Part shown: positions 1 to 14,425 of the stretch, piece by piece | Layout of the letters: every line of letters starts with the position of its first letter | How positions within the stretch are numbered: the stretch's first letter is position 1 | Assembly (NCBI GenBank): GCA_964016885.1 | Contig: OZ024758.1 | Coordinates: 1,426,001-1,490,000 of the forward strand | Source of the DNA: Eledone cirrhosa | Lineage: Eukaryota | Length of the DNA: 64,000 nucleotides | Direction: 5' to 3' | Program-made: the position numbers and the translations under genes | The notes under the pieces: generated by a model | Seen by the model: only the letters and a program-made list of their open reading frames with translations | Told to the model about the DNA's origin: nothing | Database searches by the model: none

Positions 1-108
1 GATTTTTAAGAATGTTTACATATATATATGTTTATATATGCTCTTATATATATGTTTATGTGTTTGTTTTATATGTGCCTTTATGTATATGCCTATGATT
101 ACGTGTGC

Positions 109-109
<1 letters not shown>

Positions 110-145
<36 letters not shown>

Positions 146-160
146 CGTGTGTGCGTGTGT

Positions 161-222
<62 letters not shown>

Positions 223-560
223 GTATTGATATACAATCGCACACATGTGTGTCATTCAAAGTGAATCTGCAAGTTTGTGTGAGCGAGGCCTATGTTTACA
301 TGCGTCCAGTCACAGTACTTTAAATGATGTGATGTGATGTGATGCGTATCTGTCTGATTGTGTGTGTGTGCGTCTGTGAGTGTGTGTGCGTCTGTGAGTG
401 TGTGTGTGTTGAAGGGGGAGGCGTCGCTGCTTTTGTTACTACAATGAACCTGTTGTGAACTCTGTGTGTGTAAAAGGATAACTACAATAGGAGAGATATA
501 TAAATATTTATTTATGCTTATCACTATAGGCATATATATATATATATATACATATATATA

Positions 561-623
<63 letters not shown>

Positions 624-806
624 CTGTGTATATATATATATGTGTGTGTATGTGTATATATATATGTGTGTGTGTACACGTTACTAAGTTACTAAGCCTG
701 GCTTCTATTTTACCATTTGCTACTAAATTTTTCTATAGATTCGTCTCCAATGGCAACTAACACTAACTCACTCATTTCTTTATGCATTTAATCTAATTTT
801 TTCACT

Positions 807-865
<59 letters not shown>

Positions 866-1200
866 CTCTTTCTCTTCCCCTCTCTCCTTCCCCTCTCTCT
901 CTCTTCTTCTCTCTCTTTCTATCTTTCTCTCTCCTTTCCTCTCATCTACTCACACTCTCTCTCTTCATCTCTTTCTTTCACCTTTTCTCTCTCTCTTCCC
1001 CTCTCTCACTCCCTCTCTCACTCCCTCTCTCTCTCTTCTTCTCTCTTTTCCTCTCTCTCTCTCTCTCTTCCTCTCTTTCTCTCGCCTTTTCTATCTCTCT
1101 CTCTCTCTTCCCCTCTCTCACTCCATCTCTCTCTTCCTCTCTTTCTTCCTCTCTTCCTCTCTCATCTACTCTCTCTCTCTCTCTCTCTCAATTCTTCTCT
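110..1200. repeat. Microsatellite cluster (GT)n, (AT)n, (CT)n; similar clusters throughout (3060-4830, 7160-7535, 9040-10190, 10870-12790, 14950-15990, 18140, 19000-19220, 21850, 28810, 30480, 58700, 62840)
   Basis: Directly visible simple repeats, including (TAG)n, (CTA)n, (GTT/GCT)n, (GATA)n, (GACA)n and (TTGG)n. Confidence 0.97.
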
Positions 1201-1203
1201 TTC

Positions 1204-1412
1204 TTTCTACTTTAGGCACAAGGCCAGCAATTTGAAGGGGAGAGGAAAGTTGAGTAAATCAACTCCCAGTACATTACTGGTACTTTATTTTATTGTCCCC
1301 GTAAGGAAGGAAGGCAAAGCTAACCTCGGCAAGATTTGATTTCAGAAAGTAAAGGGCTGTCATTCTTCCACAAAGCATTGTGTCCGACGCTCTACTGATT
1401 CTGACTATCCAC
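1204..1412 (-). mobile_element. tRNA-derived SINE family A (long-tail variant), diverged
   Basis: Reverse complement of the family consensus (...gagttcaaatcccgccgagg...ggggtcgataaaataaagtaccagt...gctggccttgtgcc..aagtagaaa). Confidence 0.8.
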
Positions 1413-1475
1413 GAGCCTAGCTACCATTCATAATAAAAGATATATAGGTTTCGTATATATAAAGATTTCGTTAAA

Positions 1476-1535
1476 CTCTTTTACTCTTTTATCTGTTCCA
1501 GCCATTCGGCTGAGGCCATGCTGGGGCACCGCCCT
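1476..1535. mobile_element. Terminal fragment of another octopus-type SINE
   Basis: ctcttttactcttttatctgttccagccattcggctgaggccatgctggggcaccgcc matches a recalled cephalopod repeat end. Confidence 0.4.
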
Positions 1536-1569
<34 letters not shown>

Positions 1570-1995
1570 AATCTACATTATAAAAAAGAATAACACAACA
1601 TTAACAATAATTCAACTGAAAACATATATATATATATTCATGATATTTAGAATCAAATAAAACGTATTAAATCAATATTAAATCAATATAAAACAATATT
1701 TATCAAACTTTATCGAAACTTGCAGAGTAACAGAAAAGTTCAAAAATGTTTCGAGGTAAAATTATATTGAGTGATCAAGTATGAAATTTGTAGTAAAAAA
1801 CTAAGTTTGTTAATGTTTTTACAAATTTCATAATTGACGAACCAATAAATCTTGCATCATACATCGTAAATAAATAACATCAATGACCTGTATACACATA
1901 AGATACACATTAGTACGTACATACATTCATATACACACACACACAGATATATGTATATATATACACACACATATATAAAGAGAGAGAGAGAGAGA

Positions 1996-2030
<35 letters not shown>

Positions 2031-2044
2031 AGAATATTAATAAT

Positions 2045-2168
2045 TGTTTCTACTTTAGGCACAAGGCCAGCAACTACCCAGTGCCTCACTGGTACTTTAT
2101 TTTATCGACCCCGTAAGGATGAAAGGCAAAGTCAACCTCGGCAGGATTTGAACTCAGATCGTAAAGGG
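2045..2168 (-). mobile_element. 5'-truncated SINE A with 18-bp TSD
   Basis: AGTAAGAATATTAATAAT at 2027-2044 and 2169-2186 flanks the copy. Confidence 0.88.
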
Positions 2169-2476
2169 AGTAAGAATATTAATAATGATCCTGCTTTGAG
2201 TAAAAGCAGAAATTGATTAAACTTTTAATTTGTGTGTGTTAATGTATACATATATTAGCATGTATATGACATTATGTATATATATACATGTATATATGTA
2301 TGTATATATACATATATATATGTATATACAAACACATGTCATACACACACAGATTGTATAAATGCTTTAATTAAATTATATATAGCGTATGTATATAGTG
2401 TTCATATGTAGGAAAGCATGTGTGTATGTGTATATATATATATATGTAGGAGAGGATGTATATATATATATAGAAC

Positions 2477-2507
<31 letters not shown>

Positions 2508-2830
2508 CACTCCGTTAAGGAGATAAAATATATTATCAGTTATCAAAACGAAGTAGGATGATATGTGTTTTTTTCACCAAGAAAATCAGCACTACCTGTT
2601 ATAAATATATATACATACATTTACACACACTTATATACAAACGCATACACACACACAGGCGGATATATGTATATATATATACATATTTATATGTACATAC
2701 ATACATCAATTTATTTATATATACATATATATATATATTTATATAGTAATAATAATAAAATTGAAGACTAAAATCCAAAGAGGGCTCGATAAGGAAAATA
2801 TATATCAAATATATAAGAACCGTAGAGCAA

Positions 2831-2973
2831 ATATTTATTAAAATAACAGATGAAAGTTTAAGCAAAGAATCGCTGCTTTCACCCTTAACGGAATCTTCTG
2901 AAACAGAAGATCCCGTTAAGGGTGAATGCAGCGATTCTTCGCTTAAAATTTAATCTGTTATTTTAATAAATAT
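2831..2973. repeat. 70-bp-arm palindrome (3-nt loop, 5 mismatches), possibly a Penelope-like end
   Basis: 2831-2900 pairs with 2904-2973; arms contain CAGAAGA-TTCCGTTAAGGGT-GAAA (HHR-core-like) and end in AATAAA plus (TA)n. Confidence 0.7.
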
Positions 2974-3058
2974 ATATATATTTATATATATATATATTGT
3001 TAGACTGTAAATAAATTCCCTTCTTTATACGGTTGACCATGTTATTCTTCACTTTTTC

Positions 3059-3192
<134 letters not shown>

Positions 3193-3500
3193 ATATATAC
3201 AGATGTGTGTGTGTATGACTTTAGGTTGATTTACATACACACATAAATAATTATGTATATAACATGTACACAAGCTTCCCTAGGTAGACAAGGTAGAGCT
3301 ATTATTACCCAGAGAGATACACAGCTTGTTCAATTAATTGGTTAATATTCAATATGACGCCATACGTCATTCTGTTTATATTTCTAGCTTCGTAACTTAT
3401 TCTTCTCTCTCACTTTTACTTCTAACTCAGTCAAAGTGTTTTTACTCGGGCTCAGCTGTTTTCATTTCTTTGGCAATTTTTATATTATCTCTTACACATC

Positions 3501-3552
<52 letters not shown>

Positions 3553-3638
3553 AACATATATACATACATATATACATACATATATACATACATACATATA
3601 TATGTATATATATATATATGTATATATATATGTGTGTG

Positions 3639-3731
<93 letters not shown>

Positions 3732-4046
3732 ATATGTGTATAGGTGAGTATATCTGTGTGTGTGAATGTATATATCATTATATCATTCATATATTGTATG
3801 ACAAATCTCACCGATCCACATATATATATATATATACATAAGATGTGTAGTAGGGAATATCTGACATTTTCACAGCTTCATCTTATTGTCATGGTATCCG
3901 AATGTAACAGAAACAAGATAAATGTCTTTATCATACTATTTTATTTTACTATTTTATTTTTATATTGAGTCGATACACTGCTATACACTTTTACTATATT
4001 TTTTTATCGCATCGCTAGTTCTAGTGAAATATTCACTTATTTGTAC

Positions 4047-4177
<131 letters not shown>

Positions 4178-4288
4178 CATACACATATATATATATATAT
4201 GGTTGAGTGTATGTGTGAGTGCGTATATATATATATATATACATATATCTATATATATATATATATGGTTGAGTGTATGTGTGAGTGC

Positions 4289-4362
<74 letters not shown>

Positions 4363-4698
4363 ATATATGTGTATGTATCTACGTAGATACAGAAAAGTGT
4401 TTATTTATGTTTCCACTTTTTAGCTGTGAAGCCGTAAAAGTATTTAGCTTGTACATGTTAAATAGCAATAAATACAGATTTCTAGTGTATGAGTCCGGAC
4501 AGAAATGTATTTAATAAGGGACTGTGTTTGTGTGACATGCAGGTCTCCACAGGTGGTCTCGTGGAACTGTTCTTCAATCCAGGAAGTAAATCCTACCCGC
4601 AGTTTAGTTTAACTAATAGCTTAGCCACTGATATGAAGCGGCTTCTCTCTTTCCCCCTCTCTCCATATATATTCATATATATATATGTATATATTAAT

Positions 4699-4828
<130 letters not shown>

Positions 4829-6499
4829 GTATGGGTTTGAGTGTGTAGAACGTTCTACATTCAATGCTATGCAGTTTATTGCTTTTCTAGTAAATTATGT
4901 TTTTTCTGCACCTACAGTAGTAACAAAAATCCCGGTGCAGCAATGTCAATGGCGTTTTATGAAATATCTCTTCATCTGTTGTTTTATTTGTCTTCAAAGG
5001 CGCCATATTACATGCTGTTTCTCTTGTTTTCATCCTTCAAACGTTGTTGAACATCAATTCCGAAATACATTCCAGAAAGAATCTTTGTCATTTGTTTTGC
5101 TTTCATTTCCATTCTTTGTTTCTTTTTCCTGTGTAATGTTGTGATTATTGTTTTCCTGTCAGCAATGTTAAATTTCAAATAAAATGGCACATTGTTTATT
5201 TAAAAGGAAAACATTTCAGAAATTGGTTAGTTAATAAATATCACTTATTTGTAGTTGTTTGGATAATTATAATGTTGGCTAGCCATTTATTTAAACAATC
5301 CTTTTATGTCTGGGTTACTTCCGTAGTTGGTGACATATTTACTTAGTTGACAGGTTGATTAATTGAAAAAAATATTAGAGGGGTCATAAAAATAGAAAAT
5401 CAGTAATTAATTGATAATTGTTTTTTATGTTGTAAGGAAGAAACATGAAAGAGTTCACATTTTCGGTCAGTAGTCCTTCCTCGAAAATATATAAAAAAGG
5501 AAAACAAGAAAAACACTATGTAGAGACAATATATATTACTTAGCCGTTGATTAATCACTTCAACTGTGTCATTTGTTTTGTACTCGGGGAATTGATTAAT
5601 AACTGTTTGTTTTTTGTTCTTTACTTGATTCAATAATTGATCGAGCAATCGTGGTTTAATTAGTAAAACTGCCATCTTGGAATGTGTTACAAACTTGGTC
5701 CCTGTCCCGCCAATGAAACGTGCTGTTCTTAAGTTTTATTTTATCTATTTCTATCTGTTGAAAAATGATTTAAATGGAAGAAGGTTTACACTGTTTTGTG
5801 TGACAGGAATTATCCAACATGGAACTTTCATAATTGCCGGAAGGAGAGAACTATTAGATTATGGCTTAATAAATACTTTCAAACTCAAAATTATAACTTT
5901 GATTAGTTTCTAATGAGTTCTTAGCTGATTGTTTCGTTGTTTATTTGGTTTGTTGCTTGCTTGGTTGATTGGTTGATTGGCTGGTTGCTTGGCTGGTTGG
6001 CTAGTTGCTTGGTTGATTGGTTGGTTGCTTGGTTGGTTAATTGGTTGGTTGATTTGTGTGCCGGTTGGCTGGTTGGTTGGTTGGTTGGCAAGTTGATTGG
6101 TTAATTGGTTTGTTGGTTGGTTGGTTGGTTGGCTGGCTGGCTGGTTGATTTGTCGAGTAATAAAATATTGGCTGAGTTTTCTAATTATATATTTTTCTGT
6201 TTTACCAGGTCAGTTGAGAAACTGTGTATCCAGTTAATTGTTTATTTTACTGGTTAGATAATTAACCAGTTAATAATGTTATTAATTACTTGGTTAAGTG
6301 ATAGCAAGAATTATCGGCTCTTTTCTATTTAATTTCATATAATAATGAATTACATAGGGGGATGTTCCAATATGTAACATCAGGATAGAAAATAGAGAGT
6401 TTAACAACGGTGGTTACATTACTTAATTGCCCAGTGAATTGGTTGGCTGATACGTTAATTAATAATTAACGTTCATTAATTATTAACGTTCATTAATAA

Positions 6500-6685
6500 T
6501 GGTGGATTGGCAGTATCGGTAGAGAGTCGGACGCCATGCTTTCCAGCATAGTTACGTCCCTTTACGGTCTGAGTTCAAATCCCGCTGAGGTTCACTTTGC
6601 CTTTCATCCTTACGGGGTCGATAAAATAAAGTACCAGTAATGTACTGGGTAATTGCTGGCCTCGTGCCAAAAATGTAGAAACAAT
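6500..6685 (+). mobile_element. SINE A, full length
   Basis: A box TGGCAGTATCGG, B box GAGTTCAAATCC; flanked by repeated aattattaacgttcatt. Confidence 0.88.
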
Positions 6686-7157
6686 TAATTATTAACGTTC
6701 ATTAATTATTAACGTTCATTGCCTAAAATAGAAACAATTAATTATTAACGGTAATTAATTATTGACATTAATTAATTATTGACTTTAGTTATTTATGTGT
6801 TTCTCAGCTTAATTCTTAACCGTCTTGGTTTATTTAAGAGTTGATTTATTTGCTTGCTGGATTGGTTGGTTAGTTGTTTGATTGGTCAACTAATTACTTG
6901 GTTAGTTGCTTGCATGATCAACTAATTATTTGATCAGCTAATTACTTGAGCAACTAATTACTTACTCGGTCAGCTGTTTGGGTTGTCAGTTGATTGGGTA
7001 GCCAATTGCTTACATAATTAATTGATTTTGGGTGTCATTTGCTTGATTGGCTAACAGATTCATTGAGCAGTTGAGCTTCTTGATTGACTGATGATTGGTT
7101 GACCAGTTGCATATCTGGTCACTTCCTTGCTGGATCAAGATCAGATGCTTTCTTGGT

Positions 7158-7277
<120 letters not shown>

Positions 7278-7447
7278 GAAGTTGGAAATATATTTAAGGG
7301 TCTGTTTTTCTTTTTTGATTCGTCAAAGTGACATTATTGAAAAGAAAACATTATTAAAATTTTTTTATAATTTATATAAAGTATATGAAGAATATATATA
7401 TATAAAGTATAAGTATATATATATACAGTATATATATATATATATAA

Positions 7448-7538
<91 letters not shown>

Positions 7539-7761
7539 TGTATGTATATATTATTGGATAAAATGACAAGAGACTTGACTGGTGAAATTCCTTCAAAGTT
7601 TCTTCAAAATATATATATATATATGAAAAGCGTCAGGACCCCGACGGCTGAGCTCCAGCCGTTTCGACAGCTAGATCCGAACTGAGTATTCTGGTGTATT
7701 TTGGTCAACCTGGTATCTCACCACAACCTCTTTGTTATACCCCCCCCCCCCACACACACAC

Positions 7762-7794
<33 letters not shown>

Positions 7795-8511
7795 CATGTA
7801 ACGTGGCGGGTTGGTTCTCTGTTTGTTTGGTATTTAATTTGTTTAATATTAATAGTTGCTTAATCGTATAAAGGATTGCGTTAAGTACTTCGTAAATTAG
7901 CGATTTATATTTGGTTACTGGTAACTGGATTGGTATATTACATAGCGCAAGTTGTTTTATCATTCAGTTGCTGGGAGACAGGTTAGGTGCTTGCTTAGTA
8001 CATTATTTACAGTTAGATTATACAAATCCTCGGTCAACATCGAAGTCAGTAATAGTCAGGTGTCTGTTTAGTACATTAATCCTTGGTTAACTCCGGATTC
8101 AGTAATAGTCAGGTGTCTGTTTAATCAACAAATACATAAGGTACAAACATTAAACACCGAAACGGGGGTGGGGAGTTTCTGTTAATATTGTTGTTGTTGT
8201 TTTTAACACAAATTTTAACATATTACAGAAATTATTATAATAATGTGAAATAAAATATAAATATAGATTATAAATAAAATAAAAATTAAACTCAGGATTG
8301 AAGAAAAACATAGAAATAAAGTAATTTTTTTAATCATAATTTAAGTTTAATTAAGTTTGCATTTTGTTTTGTTGTATCGGATTATTGTTATAGCTGTTTT
8401 GTTGTTATTTTTGCTGTTGTTATTATTACTATTATTGTCGTTGTTGTAGTTGGTGGTCGTGGTGGTGTTGCTGTTGTTGTTCTTATTGTCGTTGTTGTTG
8501 TTGTTGTTTAC

Positions 8512-8645
8512 TGCCGAGGTTAACTTTGCCTTTCATCTTTACAGGGTCGATAAATAAAGTACCAGTAATACACTGGGGTCGATTTAATCGACTTTCCCCA
8601 CCCCCAAAATTGTTGGCCTTGTGCCTAAAGTAGAAACAGTTATTA
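8512..8645 (+). mobile_element. SINE A, 5'-truncated long-tail variant
   Basis: Matches the 3' two-thirds of the family, with the ggggtcgatttaatcgactttcccc insert. Confidence 0.82.
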
Positions 8646-9723
8646 AATGTGTGGGTGAAATACATTACTACTTGTCGACGGTTATTTGTATCTTCTTAAT
8701 TTTTTTTTTTTTTTTTTTGTATTCAATATAATCATAGCGATTTTGTGTTTTTTTTCTTATAATTTTGTTGGATTTATTGCGGCCATTTTTAATATATATT
8801 TTTTTACAATGATCACCTTTGATAAACACTAATAATAAATTAACACACTTCTGGCAACTGTTAGTTTTTCCCTGGGATTTCTACTTTCAGAAATATGTTT
8901 AAAAATATGCAAATACATATTTACATATGCACAAACAGCTATGTAACAGTTTATCAAAATAAATGTACACATGCGCATTTTGATTGCTGTCTTTACAGCT
9001 GGCTGTCTCCTTAGTTTATTGTAGTTATAATAGTTGTTGTTGTTTTCGTGAATATATATATATATTATATATATATATATATAATATATATATTATTTTG
9101 CGGTTTGGATATTGTTGCAACTGTTGTTGTTATTGCTGTTTTTTGAAGTTTTGTTGTTGTTTTCGTCAATATATATATATATAAATATATATACATATAT
9201 ATATATATTATTTTGCGGTTTGGATATTGGTGCTGTTGTTGTTGTTAGCACCGTTAGTTTCTATATGTATATATATAGTTAGATATATATAGTTAGATAT
9301 ATATATATATATATATGTGTGTGTATGTCTGTGTGTGTACGTGTGTGTGTGTCTGTGTGTTTGTGTGTGTATGAGTGTCTGTGTGTGTGTGTGTTTGTGT
9401 GTGTGCGTGTGTGTGTGAGACTGTGTGTGTGTATTTACAAGAAATAACTGCTTAGTAATTGTAATTTAACATATATCTGTATATATGAAACATTGTGACA
9501 CCGTGTGCATATAATTGTGGGGGAAAACTTTAGGTGAAATGAAGGAGTGACTGTGTATATATGTAACAGGTTCTTCATATACACACCCATGAGTGCATTA
9601 GGTTAAATGTGTTTATATACATTAGATTTTTTTTTTAAGGGTATAGAAATATTTTGTGAGCGTTTCAAAACATTACAAGTGTATTTATACTATTAAAGAT
9701 AGTTTTAAATGTATCTGTATATG

Positions 9724-9801
<78 letters not shown>

Positions 9802-10104
9802 TTTATATATATATATATATATATATTTGTAAGGGAGAAAAAATAAATTGGAGATGGTAATAGATACACAAAAGCAGCACAAACTTAGTATGAGAGAGTT
9901 GGGAATGTGTGTGTATATATGTATGTGTGTGTGTGTGTATATATATATATATTAAATATTTCTGTGGAAAAGGTAAAGGAAAGAAGAGTGCTCAATGTAC
10001 AGAGCTATTTAATTTGTGATGTTTATTATGTAATTGAATATATATATATATAATTAATAAATGAGTCAAATAAAAAACAGTAGGCAATGTTTACAAAGTT
10101 ATAT

Positions 10105-10194
<90 letters not shown>

Positions 10195-11145
10195 GGTGGT
10201 GGAGAGAAAGAAAGAGACTGGGAGAGACTGAGAGATATAATGAGATTTAAAGAGAGGACTAGTAATGAGGAAGGTGCATTAAACAACAACAAAATAAAAA
10301 AAATGATAAATTAACATAAATTACTGAAAGACTATATCAAAGATGTTAGGTCCATGGGAGAAAATTGTCTGAGTTATTTCTTTAAAGAACGTCCTTCTCT
10401 CTTAATATCTAACTAACATGTATATTAATAATAGACCCGTAATAAATCATTTACTAAATACTCAGATTCGACTGTAGAGCGTTCATACGTTCATACTTAC
10501 ATATATACATACCTATATATATATATATATATACTTTCATACATACATAGATACGTTCATGCATTCATACATATATGCATATATACATATATACATATAT
10601 ACATACATTCATATACGTATTTTACAAAACGGTTTAACATACCCTGCCCCCAAACAAAGCACAAAAACGTCAAGAAACCCAACAATACGTCAACACAGAG
10701 AGCACGACAGCGACACCACCGTATTATTTGGAGAAGTGGAACTCTCCTGTCTTTTAAGCCTCGTTATCACTACCTTGTTTACTACTTTCTTTACAACTAA
10801 CACCTTACTTCACTCTATTTTACACACCTTAATGCACCTAACACTTTACACCAGCATGTTCTTTACACACAGATAACAACAACAACAACAAGGACAACAA
10901 CAACAAAAACAGCAACAACAGCAACAGCAACTATAACAACAACAACTACTATAACAACAACAACTACTATAACAACAACAACAACAGCAACGATTTCTAT
11001 CCAATCTGACTAATCTTTAATGTTTTGTTATTTTTTTTATTCTATTCTATTTCTTTATTATTGTTTATAGTTGTTTTTTATATGTCTTAGGATAATCCTG
11101 ACTCCCCTCAACCTCCCTCTCCTGTTCCTGCTGTTACTACTACTA

Positions 11146-11195
<50 letters not shown>

Positions 11196-11945
11196 ACTAC
11201 TACTACTACTACTGCTGCTGCTTATCTCTATTATCGTTTTTATCTTCACCATTCTTATTGTTGTTGCTGCTGCTGTTATTGTTACAGTTATTGTTGTTGT
11301 TGCTGTTATTGTTGTTGCTGTTATTGTTGTTGCTGTTATTGTTGCTGTTATTGTTGTTGCTGTTATTGTTGCTGTTGTTACAGTTGTTGTTGTTGTTGTT
11401 GTTGTTGTTGTTAGAAGTAGTTTTGTCAGAATTCTTTTTTTTTTTTTATTTATTTTGAAATTTTTAATTTATTTTAATTTTTTTCCGATTTATTTTTTAC
11501 TAGGCTTCCTCTCTTTTCTGAAACTACTCGTGTTTCATGACACACACATACACAGACACACACACACACTCACATACTCACATAGGCACACACAGACACA
11601 GACACACACACTCACATACTCACATAGACACACACAGACACACATACACACACAGACACACACACACGCACACACACAAACATACACACATAGACACACA
11701 CACACACACATACATAGACACACTCACACACACACACATAGACACACTCACACACACATACAGACTCACAGAGACACACATCCACACACACATACACACA
11801 CGTACACACATCCACATACACTCAGAGTCACACGCTAGACACACATAAATCAACTATACACATACAAACAGACACATATAATTGCACTCACACACACATA
11901 TGCATGCCCGAACGCGCGAATGAGTATAATATATATATATATGTG

Positions 11946-12018
<73 letters not shown>

Positions 12019-12297
12019 ATATATATATATATATTGTTATACTTTGGGAGGGTCATGCTGCCAATAAAAACACACGCACCTGTTGATTTTTACTTCAATT
12101 TATTATAAATTTCCTCTTTCGTCACACGTTCTGTTACCTCCTCAGTGACTAGGTTTTTATTTTGTGTCTCCCCCTTGTTCCGTCCTACACCATCCAGTTT
12201 TTGTATAACAATCTCTCTTTCAACACACGTTTTCAGATAAGAAATCTTGCAAAACAAATTCAGAAACGAAGTATATATATATTTATATATATATATA

Positions 12298-12343
<46 letters not shown>

Positions 12344-12416
12344 TATATATATATATACGTATATATATATATATATCGTAATTTTTTTTATTGCTCTATG
12401 CAACAACTCATATATA

Positions 12417-12480
<64 letters not shown>

Positions 12481-12693
12481 TACATAAACACCCATGCATC
12501 ACAAACTTACAGAAACGTATAGTCGTGAAGTGCCATCCTATTTTTGCATATATATGTTTCTAAATAGGGATTCTAGTTATCTAGTTACCTATCGGTCAAC
12601 TATCGGCATATCGCACTAGTCATCTTTATACCCGTACGCAATCTTATATACACATACATACATGACTACATACAATATTTTCTGTGTCATATT

Positions 12694-12792
<99 letters not shown>

Positions 12793-13074
12793 AGCGGGGC
12801 AGTGAGAACGAAATGTGTATCTGTTTGAATGAATGCAGGTATACAGGTAGGTATGTGTTGTATATGTGGAGATATCGCTACAACTCTAAACAATATAATC
12901 AGAACCTACAGCATTCTGCTGATTCACAAACGATATCGGAAAGATTCATGAGTTTTTCACAAGCAAAAACTTTCCCACCTTTATCTATTAGAGAGCGTAC
13001 ATCTACAAACATCTACGAAGGTATACAAATACAAACACACATGTGCAAACACATGTAAAATCACTCATTCACAC

Positions 13075-13134
<60 letters not shown>

Positions 13135-13211
13135 CTGTGTGTGTTTGAGTCCTGTGTTTAATCAGGGTAACCACAGTTAGTAAGGTACTCAATACATTAA
13201 TATCAATTTTC

Positions 13212-13317
13212 ATAGAAACGGCTTCTGCAGGACTACTAGAAATGTTTCCTTCCTAGGGAAATCCCTGATGATTTCTTTTGAATGAAACAGTTCTAGTCCT
13301 GGAGAAGCCATTTCTAT
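13212..13317. repeat. Imperfect inverted repeat with HHR-like core CTGATGA...GAAAC
   Basis: 13212-13248 pairs with 13284-13317; plus strand CTGATGA(13265)-tttc tttt gaat-GAAAC...GTC; stem I not intact. Confidence 0.45.
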
Positions 13318-13325
13318 ATTAAACA

Positions 13326-13369
<44 letters not shown>

Positions 13370-13500
13370 GAAATAGCGATATATATATGAATGTATGAAT
13401 GTATATATAGTGTATTTTGCAAAACACTGTATGCTTAATTAAAAGCATTTCGAAGACTTTACGCTATTGTTTTAGAGTAGTGACAGTTTCACTTGCTTTA

Positions 13501-13595
13501 ATTTTCAGCAAACAGGGGAGATGAAGCTGACAGAGCTCTGTTTCGCACTTTTTGGTGCTTATCAAAGCTAACTACTCCGCCTGTTTGCTGAAAAT
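13501..13595 (-). ncRNA. Type I hammerhead ribozyme with U3:A8 core variant and extended stem I
   Basis: Minus strand: ATTTTCAGCAAACAGG c GGAG tagtt AGCT-UUGAUAA-GCAC caaaaa GUGC-GAAAC AGAGCUCU GUC^-AGCT tcat CTCC CCTGTTTGCTGAAAAT; stems I, II and III all pair. Confidence 0.75.
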
Positions 13596-14376
13596 CATGA
13601 ATGTTTGATTCTTATAGAATTCTAGTGATAATCAGGAATTATACAGAGCGGTTGCCGGTCAAGCAGAAATTGAAACATTTTATTTAGGGGGGGGGGGGCT
13701 TTTGTCGTATTTCTTTATGTGTTGCGCAAATATCAGGAATATTTCTTCAATAATTCTACTGATGAGGTGAAGGTGCTACCAATTTAGGACAACACCACTA
13801 CTTACTCAGATAATCAACAGCATACCAGACATTATAGTAAAATATGGTGCGATAACCTGTAACTTAATGTTATATCAATCATCTAACCAATGTAGGCAGG
13901 TGTTATTATAAGTCTGTAAATACCAATAGATATATCTGAAGAAATTCTCGCGGTAACACACGAGAATATATGAGAGGAAACAATAAAAGGACAAATAAGT
14001 CCAACAACAAATAAAAAAATGTCTCGATTTACAAATGAAAACTTATGTTTCATAATTTAACTTTTACAAATATTCTCTCTCAACATGTATTCAATAGTAC
14101 TGGAGCCACGCCATGGGAGGTTTCAATTAAACCAATGAAATATATCAAGCAAATATTGACAAAATTACACAAAACAAACAAAGCCTGGTATTACCCGGCA
14201 AAACAGGTACTACAAGGACTAAACCCACGCCACCACCACCACCACCAATGCTCCTCCCAATATGAAATGCTCTACTCGTATCATAGCGCCAGTCTATATA
14301 TAAATATGCACATTTGTTTAAATACGTAGACATATAAACATGCCAGAAAATACCTGTAAATTGAAGGAAATGATAA

Positions 14377-14425
14377 ACACCTTTAATTGATATTCGGACC
14401 TTGTTGTGTCCTCGTCAGAAGGTGT
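14377..14425 (-). ncRNA. Degenerate type I hammerhead ribozyme (A15.1->U)
   Basis: Minus: ACACCUU-CUGACGA-GGAC acaacaag GUCC-GAAU A ucaa U UA^-AAGGUGU; perfect 7-bp stem I and 4-bp stem II. Confidence 0.6.

Noticed and set aside
4489-4660. Possible isolated exon ([16 protein letters not shown]...)
   Set aside because: No recognisable domain, no convincing splice pair or partner exons.
6500-6590. tRNA gene (A and B boxes) here and in other copies
   Set aside because: Heads of SINEs with tails and TSDs; no intact cloverleaf.
13760-13780. CTGATGA (also CTGANGA at ~16145, ~21602, ~23501, ~40151 and ~58685) as hammerhead cores
   Set aside because: No stem II followed by GAAA and no stem I complement.
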